Assembly (NCBI GenBank): GCA_046351515.1
Contig: JAXLYJ010000019.1
Coordinates: 80,452-144,451, forward strand
DNA from: Polyangiales bacterium
GTDB lineage: Bacteria > Myxococcota_A > Polyangia > Polyangiales > Ga0077539
DNA: 64,000 bases
Direction of reading: 5' to 3'
This document shows positions 56,514-64,000 of the stretch, piece after piece; within the stretch, counting starts at the first letter, position 1, and each line of letters begins with the position of its first letter. Under the pieces are notes generated by a model. The model was not told the origin of the DNA. It made no database searches and saw only the letters and a program-made list of their open reading frames with translations. A program made the position numbers and the translations under genes.

Positions 56514-57161
56514 TCACTCGGCGTCGTCGGTTCCGACGGCGGCGAGCTGCACGGGAAGCTTGTGCTGCATCCGGTCGCGCTTGGTCTCGAGGTACGCCAG
56601 CGAGTGCGGGTTGGGGCGAATCAGCACTGGGATCCGCCCGCGGACCTCGACGCCGAGCGTGCGAAGCGCCTGCTCTTTCTCGGGGTTGTTGGTCATCAAG
56701 CGCACCGAGCGCACGCCGAGCCAGCGCAGCATCGCCGCGCTCTGGTCGTACGTACGCGAATCGTCGGGCAGCCCGAGCTCGCGATTGGCGTCGACCGTGT
56801 CCACGCCCTGCGCCTGCAACGCGTACGCGCGGATCTTGTTGGTGAGCCCAATGCCGCGCCCCTCTTGGCGGAGATAGAGCACCACGCCGCGGCCGTTGCG
56901 CGCGATGCGGGCGAGCGCAGCTTCGAGCTGCTCGCGGCAATCGCACTTGAGCGAGCCCAACACTTCGCTGGTCAAGCACTCGGAGTGCATTCGAACGGGG
57001 ACGTCCTCGGCGCCGTTCACCGAGCCCGAGACGATCGCGACGTGCTCGAGCCCTTCAGGTTCGTGAGCGGCGCGAAACACAAAGACGTTGAACTGTCCGT
57101 GCCGCGTGGGAAGCGGCGTCTGCGCTGCGACGATGAGCTCGGGGTTGGAGCTGAGTGTCAT
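56514..57161 (-). CDS. ribA: GTP cyclohydrolase II
   Basis: RMHSECLTSEVLGSLKCDCREQL, LYLRQEGRGIGLTNKIRAYALQ, NNPEK. ATG 57161 has GGAGGA 10 nt upstream. The upstream ATG 57188 has no RBS. Confidence 0.9.
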   Translation of the reverse strand: MTLSSNPELIVAAQTPLPTRHGQFNVFVFRAAHEPEGLEHVAIVSGSVNGAEDVPVRMHSECLTSEVLGSLKCDCREQLEAALARIARNGRGVVLYLRQEGRGIGLTNKIRAYALQAQGVDTVDANRELGLPDDSRTYDQSAAMLRWLGVRSVRLMTNNPEKEQALRTLGVEVRGRIPVLIRPNPHSLAYLETKRDRMQHKLPVQLAAVGTDDAE

Positions 57162-57401
57162 CTGAAGTTCGTCCTCCGCGGATCGCATGGGCGATTCGCA
57201 ATCGGGGAGTGAGTGATGGTTGGGTCCGAAGGAGTTCCGTCTTCCGATGGAGCAGCGATGATTCGCGGATCGATCGGTACGGGTCGCAACCCTCTCCGTG
57301 AGGAGATCGCCGCGTCGGAAAGGCCCCGACGCTTGTACTACCGTGCTTCAGTACTTCGGGGACTCTACGGCGGTTACGCTGAAAGGCAACCCTCCCCTCT
57401 T

Positions 57402-58229
57402 TCACCGACCCGAGGGAAGATCTCCGAACGCCGTCGCGAGCTCGGACAGCGTGTGGGTCTTGAGCACGCCCTGCGGCAACGGCTCGAACCTCGCCGCGCC
57501 TTCGCCGCCAACAAACAGCCGAGCGCCGACGCCGCGCGTCGCCAGCGAGATCTGCTGGATCGCCTCGCGCACGCCCTCGAACGGATGAATGACCGAAAAC
57601 GAGAGCACCACCGCGCTCGGCCGCTCGGCGGCGACCATCAGCGCGAGATCGCCGATGGGGCAGCGCGCCCCGAGCATCATCGACGAGTAGCCCATGCCCG
57701 ACGCGATCACCGAGATCATTCGCAGGGCGATGTCGTGCTGCTCCTCGCCCGGCGCGGCAAAGAGGATCCGGCCGCGCGTGGCAGGCACCTCGATGAGCGC
57801 GCGCACGCGAGCGAGCGCGTCGATCACGGTCTGCGCCGCGAGGTGCTCTTGCGCGACGCTCACAGCGCCGCGCGCCCAACGCTCTCCGATGTCGACGAGC
57901 GCCGGCGTCGCGACGGTGTCGAAGACCGCCGCGAGCGTCAGGCCCTTCATGCGCAGCTGCGCGATGAGGGTCACCAGGCGATCGGCGTCGCCCGAGAGCG
58001 CGAGGCTACGAAACTGCCCGACGTAGTCCTCGGCGCCGCCGTCGGTCGAGAGCTTCTCGATCTCGTACTGGTGGCGCTTTCGAAAGTCGGCGATGTCGGC
58101 GTTGCGAAACTTTCGATGACCGCCCGGAGTGCGAAAGCACAGGAGCGTTCCCGCGTCGGCCCAACGCTTGACGGTCGCTTCGCTGACGGCGAGCAACTCG
58201 GCCACCTGACGTGTCGTGAGAATATCCAC
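57402..58229 (-). CDS. CarH/LitR-type B12-binding light-responsive transcriptional regulator (MerR/excisionase-type HTH)
   Basis: GTG 58229 inside ORF 57402..59039. HTH TTRQVAELLAVSEATVKRWADAGTLLCF. Helical-bundle signature W-x9-E-H (WARGAVSVAQEH). Rossmann B12 domain with lower-ligand ExH (GEEQHDIALRM). Confidence 0.75.
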   Translation of the reverse strand: MDILTTRQVAELLAVSEATVKRWADAGTLLCFRTPGGHRKFRNADIADFRKRHQYEIEKLSTDGGAEDYVGQFRSLALSGDADRLVTLIAQLRMKGLTLAAVFDTVATPALVDIGERWARGAVSVAQEHLAAQTVIDALARVRALIEVPATRGRILFAAPGEEQHDIALRMISVIASGMGYSSMMLGARCPIGDLALMVAAERPSAVVLSFSVIHPFEGVREAIQQISLATRGVGARLFVGGEGAARFEPLPQGVLKTHTLSELATAFGDLPSGR

Positions 58230-58350
58230 GGTGTTGAACTCTCTCTTGGCGGTTCCGATGCCGCTTCGCCGCAGTCGTTGCGGGATCGAACTTCGCCCGT
58301 TCGTGCTACCAGCGTCCCGAGCCGCAGGCTCAACGAACGGAGAAGTTGCA

Positions 58351-59475
58351 ATGAGCGGCCAATCGTCGGGCGGATTCGATGTGGTGATTGTCGGCGGGGG
58401 CTTGATGGGCAGCTTGTCGGCGCTGCGTCTGGCCGACGAGGGCAGGCGCGTCTTGGTGCTCGAAAAAGCCGTTCCGGGCGCGGAGGCGTCGAGCGCAGCG
58501 GCGGGCATCCTCGCGGGACAGAGCGAGTCGAAGACCGACGGACCGCTGTTCGACATCTCCGTCGAGTCCCGCGAGCGGTACGTCGCCCTCGCCGCTGAGC
58601 TTCGCGAGCGCGTCGGGATCGACGTCGGCTTTCGTCGCTGCGGCGTCATCGAAGTCGCCGAGACCGAACAAGCCCTCGATGAGCTCGAGCGCACGTTTGC
58701 CTGGCAACGCGCGAAGGGACACCGCGTCGAGCGCGTCGAAGCCGCGGCCCTGCGCTCGATCGAGCCGCAGCTCAACGCTGGTTTCGCCGGCGCCATCGCG
58801 CTGCCGGACGACGGACAAGTCGACCCGCCCACCCTCGTGTCCGCCATCGCGCAGGCCGCCGAGCGCGCCGGAGCCACCTTTCGCGCGGGAACCACCGTTC
58901 GCTCGGTCGTCATCGACAACGGTGTCGCGCGCGGCGTCGAGGTCGAAGACGGCCGCATCGACGCCGGCCACGTCGTGATCGCCGCAGGCGCGTGGAGCTC
59001 GCTCGTCCAAAACGCCACCGTCGCCTCGAGCGCCGTCAAGCCCGCGCGCGGTCAGATCGTCGAGCTCTCGCTGCGCACGCCGCCGTTCAAGAGCATCGTG
59101 TTTGGGCGCGGCGGATACGCGGTTCCGCGGCCCGATGGACGGGTTTTGTGCGGCAGCACGCTCGAGTTCGTGGGCTTTCAACGGGACGTCACCGTCGGCG
59201 GGCTCGCGAAGATCCTCGGGACGATCACAGGGCTGGCTCCGTCGCTCGCCGACGCGAAGGTCAACCGAACGTGGTCCAACTTCAGGCCGTTCTCGTCGGA
59301 CGGCGCAGCGCTCGTGGGTGACGCCGGCATCGCCAACCTCACCCTCGCCACCGGCCATCACCGCAGCGGAATCCTCCTCGCGCCCGCCACCGCCGAGCGC
59401 GTCCGCGCGCACGTGATCGACGGCCGCACCGACGCGAACTCACCGTGGAATCCCTCGCGCCGCGCGAGCGCGTAG
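58351..59475 (+). CDS. thiO: FAD-dependent glycine oxidase (ThiO-like, DAO family)
   Basis: ATG 58351 after GGAGAAG. FDVVIVGGGLMGS dinucleotide fold. C-terminal ATGHHRSGILLAPATAE block typical of ThiO. Confidence 0.7.
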   Translation: MSGQSSGGFDVVIVGGGLMGSLSALRLADEGRRVLVLEKAVPGAEASSAAAGILAGQSESKTDGPLFDISVESRERYVALAAELRERVGIDVGFRRCGVIEVAETEQALDELERTFAWQRAKGHRVERVEAAALRSIEPQLNAGFAGAIALPDDGQVDPPTLVSAIAQAAERAGATFRAGTTVRSVVIDNGVARGVEVEDGRIDAGHVVIAAGAWSSLVQNATVASSAVKPARGQIVELSLRTPPFKSIVFGRGGYAVPRPDGRVLCGSTLEFVGFQRDVTVGGLAKILGTITGLAPSLADAKVNRTWSNFRPFSSDGAALVGDAGIANLTLATGHHRSGILLAPATAERVRAHVIDGRTDANSPWNPSRRASA

Positions 59476-59491
59476 CCCCTCGCCGAGCGCG

Positions 59492-59722
59492 TCAGTCGTT
59501 CTCTGGATCTGGCAGCTGATCGAGGATCTCGCTCTCCTGCGGAAATCTCCCGGCTGTGTGCTTCGAGAACAGCAGCTTGCCGTCGACGATCACGTCGAAC
59601 ACGCCGCCGCCGCCCTTCTCGAGCACGGGTTGCACGCCCACTTGCTTCTCGATCGCGGCCGCGAGACTCGCGGCCCTCGGCCTGTAGTTTCAGGCCACGC
59701 AGTATCGAATCAGGATGTCCAT
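59492..59722 (-). CDS. SelW/Rdx-family selenoprotein (CxxU), in-frame TGA at 59692..59690 read as selenocysteine
   Basis: ATG 59722. Translation MDILIRYCVA-U-NYRPRAASLAAAIEKQVGVQPVLEKGGGGVFDVIVDGKLLFSKHTAGRFPQESEILDQLPDPEND, with stop at 59494..59492. The YC-x-x-U and G-x-F-[DE]-V-x-V-x-G-K-L-[IL]-[FH]-SK blocks match the SelW/Rdx family. G/C third-position bias continues across the TGA. Confidence 0.75.
59657..59675 (-). other. putative bacterial SECIS hairpin
   Basis: GGCCGCGAG-U-CUCGCGGCC is a perfect inverted repeat starting 14 nt 3' of the in-frame UGA. The apical region AGUCU contains GU. Confidence 0.6.
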
Positions 59723-59784
59723 CGAGCGCTGGACTCTAGGCTCGCAGCCTCGATCGTCCAGCGCCGATTCGCGCCCGCTCGCGA

Positions 59785-59801
59785 GTGACACAGTATGTCA
59801 C
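59785..59801. promoter_or_regulatory. 6-5-6 palindrome GTGACA-cagta-TGTCAC (candidate operator)
   Basis: Perfect inverted repeat in the 163-nt divergent region between the selenoprotein gene and the SWIM gene. Confidence 0.35.
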
Positions 59802-59885
59802 TACGCGCTGGTCACTTCCGCGGTGTTCAGCGTTATCCTCCCGGCGACTCTGCGCAATCAACGGCAGAGCAGAAGGACATCGCAC

Positions 59886-61463
59886 ATGGCCATCGAACTG
59901 ACGGGGGCAATGCTCGACGCGCTCGCGCCCAAGCCCGACGTTCTCTCGGACGCGCGCTCGATCGTGCGCGGAGGCAAGGTCAGCAAGCCGCAGAAGACCT
60001 CGGACGGATCGCTCTTGTGGGGCGCGATCAAGGGCTCTGCGAAAGAGCCGTACAGCGCATCGGTCGACCTCGCGGCCAACCCCGAGCGCCCCGTGATGCG
60101 CTGCTCGTGCCCTTCGCGGCTGCACCCGTGCAAACACGTGATGGCGCTCATGGTGGCCTTCGTCGACGGCAAGTCCTTCAGCGAGAAAGAGGCGCCCAAA
60201 GACCTCCTCGAGAAGCGAGAGAAGTACGTCGCGCGCGGCGGGTCGGCCGAGAGCCCCAAGTCCGCGCCGAAGGAAGAATCGCCGGAGAAAAAAGCGGCGC
60301 GCGAGGCCAAAGCCGAAGCGACGAAGAAGGCCGCCGCGGCGAAGAAGACCGAGATGCAGCGCGAGGCGCTCGACGTGCTCGAGAAGTTCGTGCTCGACCT
60401 CGTCTCGAGCGGCCTCGGCGGGCTCAGCGCCAAGAGCGTGAAGGCCATCGACGACCAGGCGCGACGGATGAACGACGCAGACCTTCGCGGCGCGCACGGG
60501 CTGCTCAAGCAGCTCATCGACGCGGCGACGAGCACTGCAGAAGAGAAGCCCAAGAAGAGCGCCGCGCGAAAGAAGGCCAAGAAGGGCGCAGCAGAACCCG
60601 AGGAAGCGGGAGAAGACCGAGGAGCGAGCGACCTGCTCGCGCAGCGGCACGCGCGGCTCGCGCTCACGGTGACGCGGCTGTGGGTCGCCGTCCGCAAGGG
60701 CCGCAAGGTCCTCGAGGGAAAGCTCGAAGAAGGCGACACGCAGTCCGAGTCCGACGCGCAGATGGAGTCGCTGCTCGGCCGCGCGTGGAAGCTCGCTGAG
60801 CTGCAAGAGCGCGGGTACTGGATCAAAGACCGCACGTTCGTCGAGCTCGCCCACGAGAAGAGCGACGACAAGGTGCTCGAGATCCTCGCGCACAAGGGAT
60901 ACCTGCTCGACCTGGCCGACGGCTCGGTGCACATGGAGTGGACGGGGCTTCCGTACGTCGCGCTGAGGCAAGCAGCGGCGAGCCTGCGACAGTCGCGACA
61001 CAACGTGTTGTCGGTGAAAGAGGCCGCGCTCTACCCGGGCGACGTCGTCAATCGCCGCGTGCGATGGGACGAAAAGAGCGGCGCGCTCTCGGAGGCGCCC
61101 CGCACGAGCGAGACCGTCGAGAGGCTGCGCTCGTTGGCCAGGCCCTTCGACGCCGCGGTGAAGCTCTTTCGCGAGCAGCTGAAGCACCCGCTCTCGCCGC
61201 TCGAGGCGGTGCTCTTGCTCGACGTGAAGAAGATCGGCCGCGTGGGAGAGAGCGTGGTGATCGAGGACGGAGCGGGCGCGCGGATCGTGGTGCGCGACGC
61301 GCCGTGGAGCTTCGCGACGCTCGAGAACTTTCTGCACGCAGCGGGAGCGTTCGGCGCGGGGCCGACCGCAGTGCGGCTGTGGTTCGACGCGAAAGAGCGC
61401 TTGATCTACGGCCAGCCGCTCGCGCTGTTCGCGGGCGATCGCCACGTTCGTTTGGGTCTGTGA
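59886..61463 (+). CDS. SWIM zinc-finger protein with Lys/Glu/Ala-rich linkers
   Basis: ATG 59886 after GAAGGA. SWIM CxCx6CxH in RCSCPSRLHPCKHVMAL. Two charged low-complexity linkers. A ~300-aa C-terminal domain of unknown family. Confidence 0.75.
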   Translation: MAIELTGAMLDALAPKPDVLSDARSIVRGGKVSKPQKTSDGSLLWGAIKGSAKEPYSASVDLAANPERPVMRCSCPSRLHPCKHVMALMVAFVDGKSFSEKEAPKDLLEKREKYVARGGSAESPKSAPKEESPEKKAAREAKAEATKKAAAAKKTEMQREALDVLEKFVLDLVSSGLGGLSAKSVKAIDDQARRMNDADLRGAHGLLKQLIDAATSTAEEKPKKSAARKKAKKGAAEPEEAGEDRGASDLLAQRHARLALTVTRLWVAVRKGRKVLEGKLEEGDTQSESDAQMESLLGRAWKLAELQERGYWIKDRTFVELAHEKSDDKVLEILAHKGYLLDLADGSVHMEWTGLPYVALRQAAASLRQSRHNVLSVKEAALYPGDVVNRRVRWDEKSGALSEAPRTSETVERLRSLARPFDAAVKLFREQLKHPLSPLEAVLLLDVKKIGRVGESVVIEDGAGARIVVRDAPWSFATLENFLHAAGAFGAGPTAVRLWFDAKERLIYGQPLALFAGDRHVRLGL

Positions 61464-61484
61464 TCGGAGAGGAGCGGTAATCCT

Positions 61485-63332
61485 ATGGCTAAAGAAGTTC
61501 TTCGCGATCTCGACGCCGACGTCACTCGATTGCTGGTCGCGGGCGCCTCGCTCGCCGCCGCGGACGAGGGCCTCAACGAGCGCAAAGGAGCGCTCAAAGA
61601 GCTGGCCGCCAAGGCGCCAGCGCTCGCCAAGGTCTCTTCTCAGCTCGAGGCGCTCACCGCTGCCGCGGGGCGCAAGAGCGCGAGCGAGCTGCTCAACCTC
61701 GCGGCGATGAGCGCGCAGATCCGCGGAGCGCAAGCGAAGCCCGCGGACGGCGCAGGAGCGTTGAGCGCGATCGAAGCCCGCGAGCCGATGGACAGCCCGC
61801 TCGGCAGCATCGCAGCGGACAAGATCTTCAAGGCGCTCACGGGCACGTCCGACGAACCCGAGAACGTGCTCGAGACCGCGCTCAACGAGAACGGCGTAGT
61901 GGACCTGCGGTTCGCGAGGCTCGTTCCGAACCTGGTCGGCGGCGGGATCGATGACGAGATCGTCGTGAAGGTCGTGAAGTCCTACGGCGAAGAAGCGGTC
62001 CGCGCGATCGAGCGCGAGTTCGACCCGAAGGGCGGCTACGGGGACACCACGCGTCTCACGATCATCGTCGAGGTCCGTGGAAGGGCGGCGCTCCCGCTGG
62101 TCGAAAGCTCGTTCAACGACGGCAGCCCCGAGGTGCGCTGCGAGGCGCTGACGCTGTGGAACAAGCTCGACCCCGAGCGGGCCCTTCGCGTCGCGCTCGA
62201 CCGCGGGATCAAAGACAAAGCCGACGACGTCGTCAACGCCGCGACGGCGATCTTGGGCGAGGCCCACAACAACGACGAGGCGCTCGAGGCGCTGCTGCAC
62301 TTGCTCGTGAGCCGCGGGGATTCGCGCTGGTCTGTGATCAGCGCGCTCAACGCGTTCAAGCACGACAAGCTCAGCGCTCGGCTCGAGGCGCTCTTCACGC
62401 CCGAGCTCCGCTCGATCACGGAGTACAAGTCCCCCAAGGCGAAGAAGGGCGCGAAGGCGGTCACGGGCTCTGCCGCGAAGGCGGCGAAAAAAGAAGAAGA
62501 GAAGCGGATGCGCGAGCACTACGAGAAGGCGAACCTCGCCGAGGCGCTCGCGGGCCTGCTCGGGCAGCATTTCACCGCGCAAGGCGAGGACCTGCTCTTC
62601 GAGACTTGGAAGAAGGCCACCTACCTCGATCTGAAGTACGCCGCTGGCGAAGCGCTCGCGAAGACCACGCGCGACGACATTCGCAAAGAGATCATGAAGG
62701 GCATCGAGACGAAGAACTACCGCGAGCGCGAGATCGCGGTCACGATGCTCATGGCGGACAAAGAGAAGGCCGTCGAGCGCGCGAAGCCGTACTTCGACCC
62801 GAAGAAGCTCAAGGACAAAAAGAGCGCGTACATCGCCGCCTCGATCCTCGACCACATCGAGAGCCTCTGCGAGTACGACGACGACGGAAACATGGTCTTC
62901 AAGGACCTGGACCCGCGGTGGGGAGCGGTGATCTTCGCCGCGTTCTTCGAGAAGACCACGCGATGGACCGCGACGCAGATCCTCGCGGCGCTCAAGCACC
63001 CTGGGCTGTTCGACGAGCTCGCGAAGCTCGTGCACGAGCCGGCCAACTCGAACTACGCGCTCGAGCAGATGGCCGCGCTGAAGGACCCGCGCTCGCTGGC
63101 GCTGGTGCTCGAGCTGATGGCTGACAAGAAGGTCTACGGCAGCGTCACCGCGGTGCGCCGCTATGCGAGCGGCATCGCCGACGTGCTGCGCGCGTTCGAC
63201 GACCCGAGCACCGCCGCGCCGCTGCGCGCGTTCGTCGCGGAGATCGACAAGCGCAGCAAGAGCAAGGGCCGCCGCGAGTGGTACCTGAACAACCTCGACA
63301 ACGTCGCGCTGCACCTCGAGCGCGCGCGCTGA
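61485..63332 (+). CDS. HEAT/ARM-like repeat protein
   Basis: ATG 61485 after GGAGAGGAG. Helical repeats (DGSPEVRCEALTLWNKL, DDVVNAATAILGEA, REREIAVTMLMAD). Lys-rich insert KSPKAKKGAKAVTGSAAKAAKKEEEKR. 615 aa. Confidence 0.65.
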   Translation: MAKEVLRDLDADVTRLLVAGASLAAADEGLNERKGALKELAAKAPALAKVSSQLEALTAAAGRKSASELLNLAAMSAQIRGAQAKPADGAGALSAIEAREPMDSPLGSIAADKIFKALTGTSDEPENVLETALNENGVVDLRFARLVPNLVGGGIDDEIVVKVVKSYGEEAVRAIEREFDPKGGYGDTTRLTIIVEVRGRAALPLVESSFNDGSPEVRCEALTLWNKLDPERALRVALDRGIKDKADDVVNAATAILGEAHNNDEALEALLHLLVSRGDSRWSVISALNAFKHDKLSARLEALFTPELRSITEYKSPKAKKGAKAVTGSAAKAAKKEEEKRMREHYEKANLAEALAGLLGQHFTAQGEDLLFETWKKATYLDLKYAAGEALAKTTRDDIRKEIMKGIETKNYREREIAVTMLMADKEKAVERAKPYFDPKKLKDKKSAYIAASILDHIESLCEYDDDGNMVFKDLDPRWGAVIFAAFFEKTTRWTATQILAALKHPGLFDELAKLVHEPANSNYALEQMAALKDPRSLALVLELMADKKVYGSVTAVRRYASGIADVLRAFDDPSTAAPLRAFVAEIDKRSKSKGRREWYLNNLDNVALHLERAR

Positions 63333-63395
63333 GCGCCGCGACACTTGAATTCGTGAGCGACATTCAACACAGAGACGCTGGAGACTGACGCAGTC

Positions 63396-64000
63396 ATGGC
63401 CAAAGAGAGCAGCACGAACACACCGAGCAACGCCGTCCTCCGCGAGCCCGCTGAGCGGCTGTACGCGGCGGAGCTCGCCGCGCTCGAGAAGGCGGACAAG
63501 CACGCGAAGCCCACTGGGTGGAGGCTGTCTCCGCGCGCGGTGGAGACGTACATCCTCGGCGGAGAGATCGCGGGCACGACGATTTCGCCGAAGTACTTGG
63601 GCGCGCCGCGGCTCGTGCAGATCGCGATCGCGACGCTGGCCACAGACCGAGCGCTGCTCTTGATCGGCGAGCCGGGGACGGCGAAGAGCTGGCTGAGCGA
63701 GCACTTGTGCGCGGCGATCACGGGCGACTCGCAGCTGCTCGTGCAGGGCACGGCGGGCACCACGGAAGAGCAGATCCGCTACTCGTGGAACTACGCGCTC
63801 TTGCTCGCCGAAGGCCCCACGCAAAAGGCCCTGGTCCCCTCGCCCGTCTACCGCGCGATGGAGAACGGGCGGATCGTCCGCTTCGAAGAGATCACGCGCA
63901 CGCCGAGCGAGGTGCAGGACGCGCTGATCACGGTGCTCAGCGAGAAGGTGCTCTCGGTGCCTGAGCTCGGGTTGCACGTGCAAGCGCGCAAGGGCTTCAA
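63396..64000 (+). CDS. MoxR-like AAA+ ATPase (AAA_5 type), 3' end outside window
   Basis: ATG 63396 after GGAGA. It is not in the ORF track because no stop falls inside the window. Walker A LLLIGEPGTAKSWL. Walker B/sensor region RIVRFEEITRTPSEVQDALITVLSEK. Confidence 0.8.
   Translation, partial: MAKESSTNTPSNAVLREPAERLYAAELAALEKADKHAKPTGWRLSPRAVETYILGGEIAGTTISPKYLGAPRLVQIAIATLATDRALLLIGEPGTAKSWLSEHLCAAITGDSQLLVQGTAGTTEEQIRYSWNYALLLAEGPTQKALVPSPVYRAMENGRIVRFEEITRTPSEVQDALITVLSEKVLSVPELGLHVQARKGF

Noticed and set aside
57162-57188. The upstream ATG 57188 as the ribA start (listed ORF 56514..57188).
   Set aside because: ATG 57161 is preceded by GGAGGA at 10 nt, and it gives an N-terminal length closer to characterised RibA. 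ATG 57188 has no SD sequence. The choice stays tentative without N-terminal data.
57162-57401. An FMN (RFN) riboswitch expected upstream of ribA, and a cobalamin riboswitch because of the neighbouring B12 regulator.
   Set aside because: I could not find the conserved FMN cores (AGGGCGGGGUGAAAUUCCC, ACCGGCGGU, GGAUUCGGUGAAAUUCCGAAGCCGACAGU). I also could not find the B12 box (GCCACUG) on either strand, only loose similarities. A covariance-model search is needed to be definitive.
58230-58350. A TPP (THI-box) riboswitch upstream of the thiO-like gene. The region has an 8-bp inverted repeat CCGTTCGT...ACGAACGG and a CCAGCGT string.
   Set aside because: There is no CUGAGA element and no ACCUGAUCUGGAUAAUGCCAGCGUAGGGA-like core. 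The region is only 121 nt and is shared with the divergent regulator promoter.
59736-63983. A 1415-aa minus-strand ORF, the longest in the track.
   Set aside because: It is antisense to three well-formed plus-strand genes that have clear motifs (SWIM, HEAT-like, Walker A/B) and good RBSs. Its translation is Arg/Ala/Leu/Glu-rich low complexity with no motifs. This is a typical stop-poor antisense frame of high-GC DNA.

Overview
This is a high-GC (roughly 70% by eye) bacterial chromosomal segment. It is almost certainly Myxococcota: one gene carries a MYXO-CTERM sorting tag, and there is a PEGA protein, many lipoproteins, a Hanks-type Ser/Thr kinase and a large sigma-54 activator. I support about 53 protein-coding genes, densely packed on both strands. 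At least eight gene pairs are joined by 4-nt ATGA or GTGA stop/start overlaps. I found no rRNA, tRNA, CRISPR array, transposase or integrase. Housekeeping anchors are sppA-aroC-aroK/aroB, hisS, htrA, ribA and thiO. Most of the long ORFs in the six-frame track are high-GC artefacts: Arg/Ala/Pro-rich antisense or alternate frames, or upstream read-through. Real genes were picked by protein-like composition, recognisable motifs, G/C third-position bias and start-site context. All family calls rest on motif recognition only, because no database search was possible. The observations most worth a second look are these. (1) A SelW/Rdx-family selenoprotein gene (59492-59722, minus strand) that the ORF track misses because it contains an in-frame TGA within a CxxU motif, followed by a SECIS-like hairpin. 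(2) A SWIM zinc-finger / HEAT-repeat / MoxR-type AAA+ cluster that runs off the 3' end of the window. (3) A translationally coupled subtilase-cytochrome P450-expansin operon. (4) A CarH-type (Wx9EH) B12 photoreceptor-regulator sitting between ribA and thiO. (5) A 1226-aa sigma-54 activator carrying a second, STAND-like NTPase plus TPR module. (6) An M48 peptidase and dynamin-like GTPase pair. (7) Two unusual repeat proteins: five VWC-like Cys-rich repeats, and about 20 aromatic-Pro repeats. (8) Several AT-rich palindromes and long hairpins in intergenic DNA.
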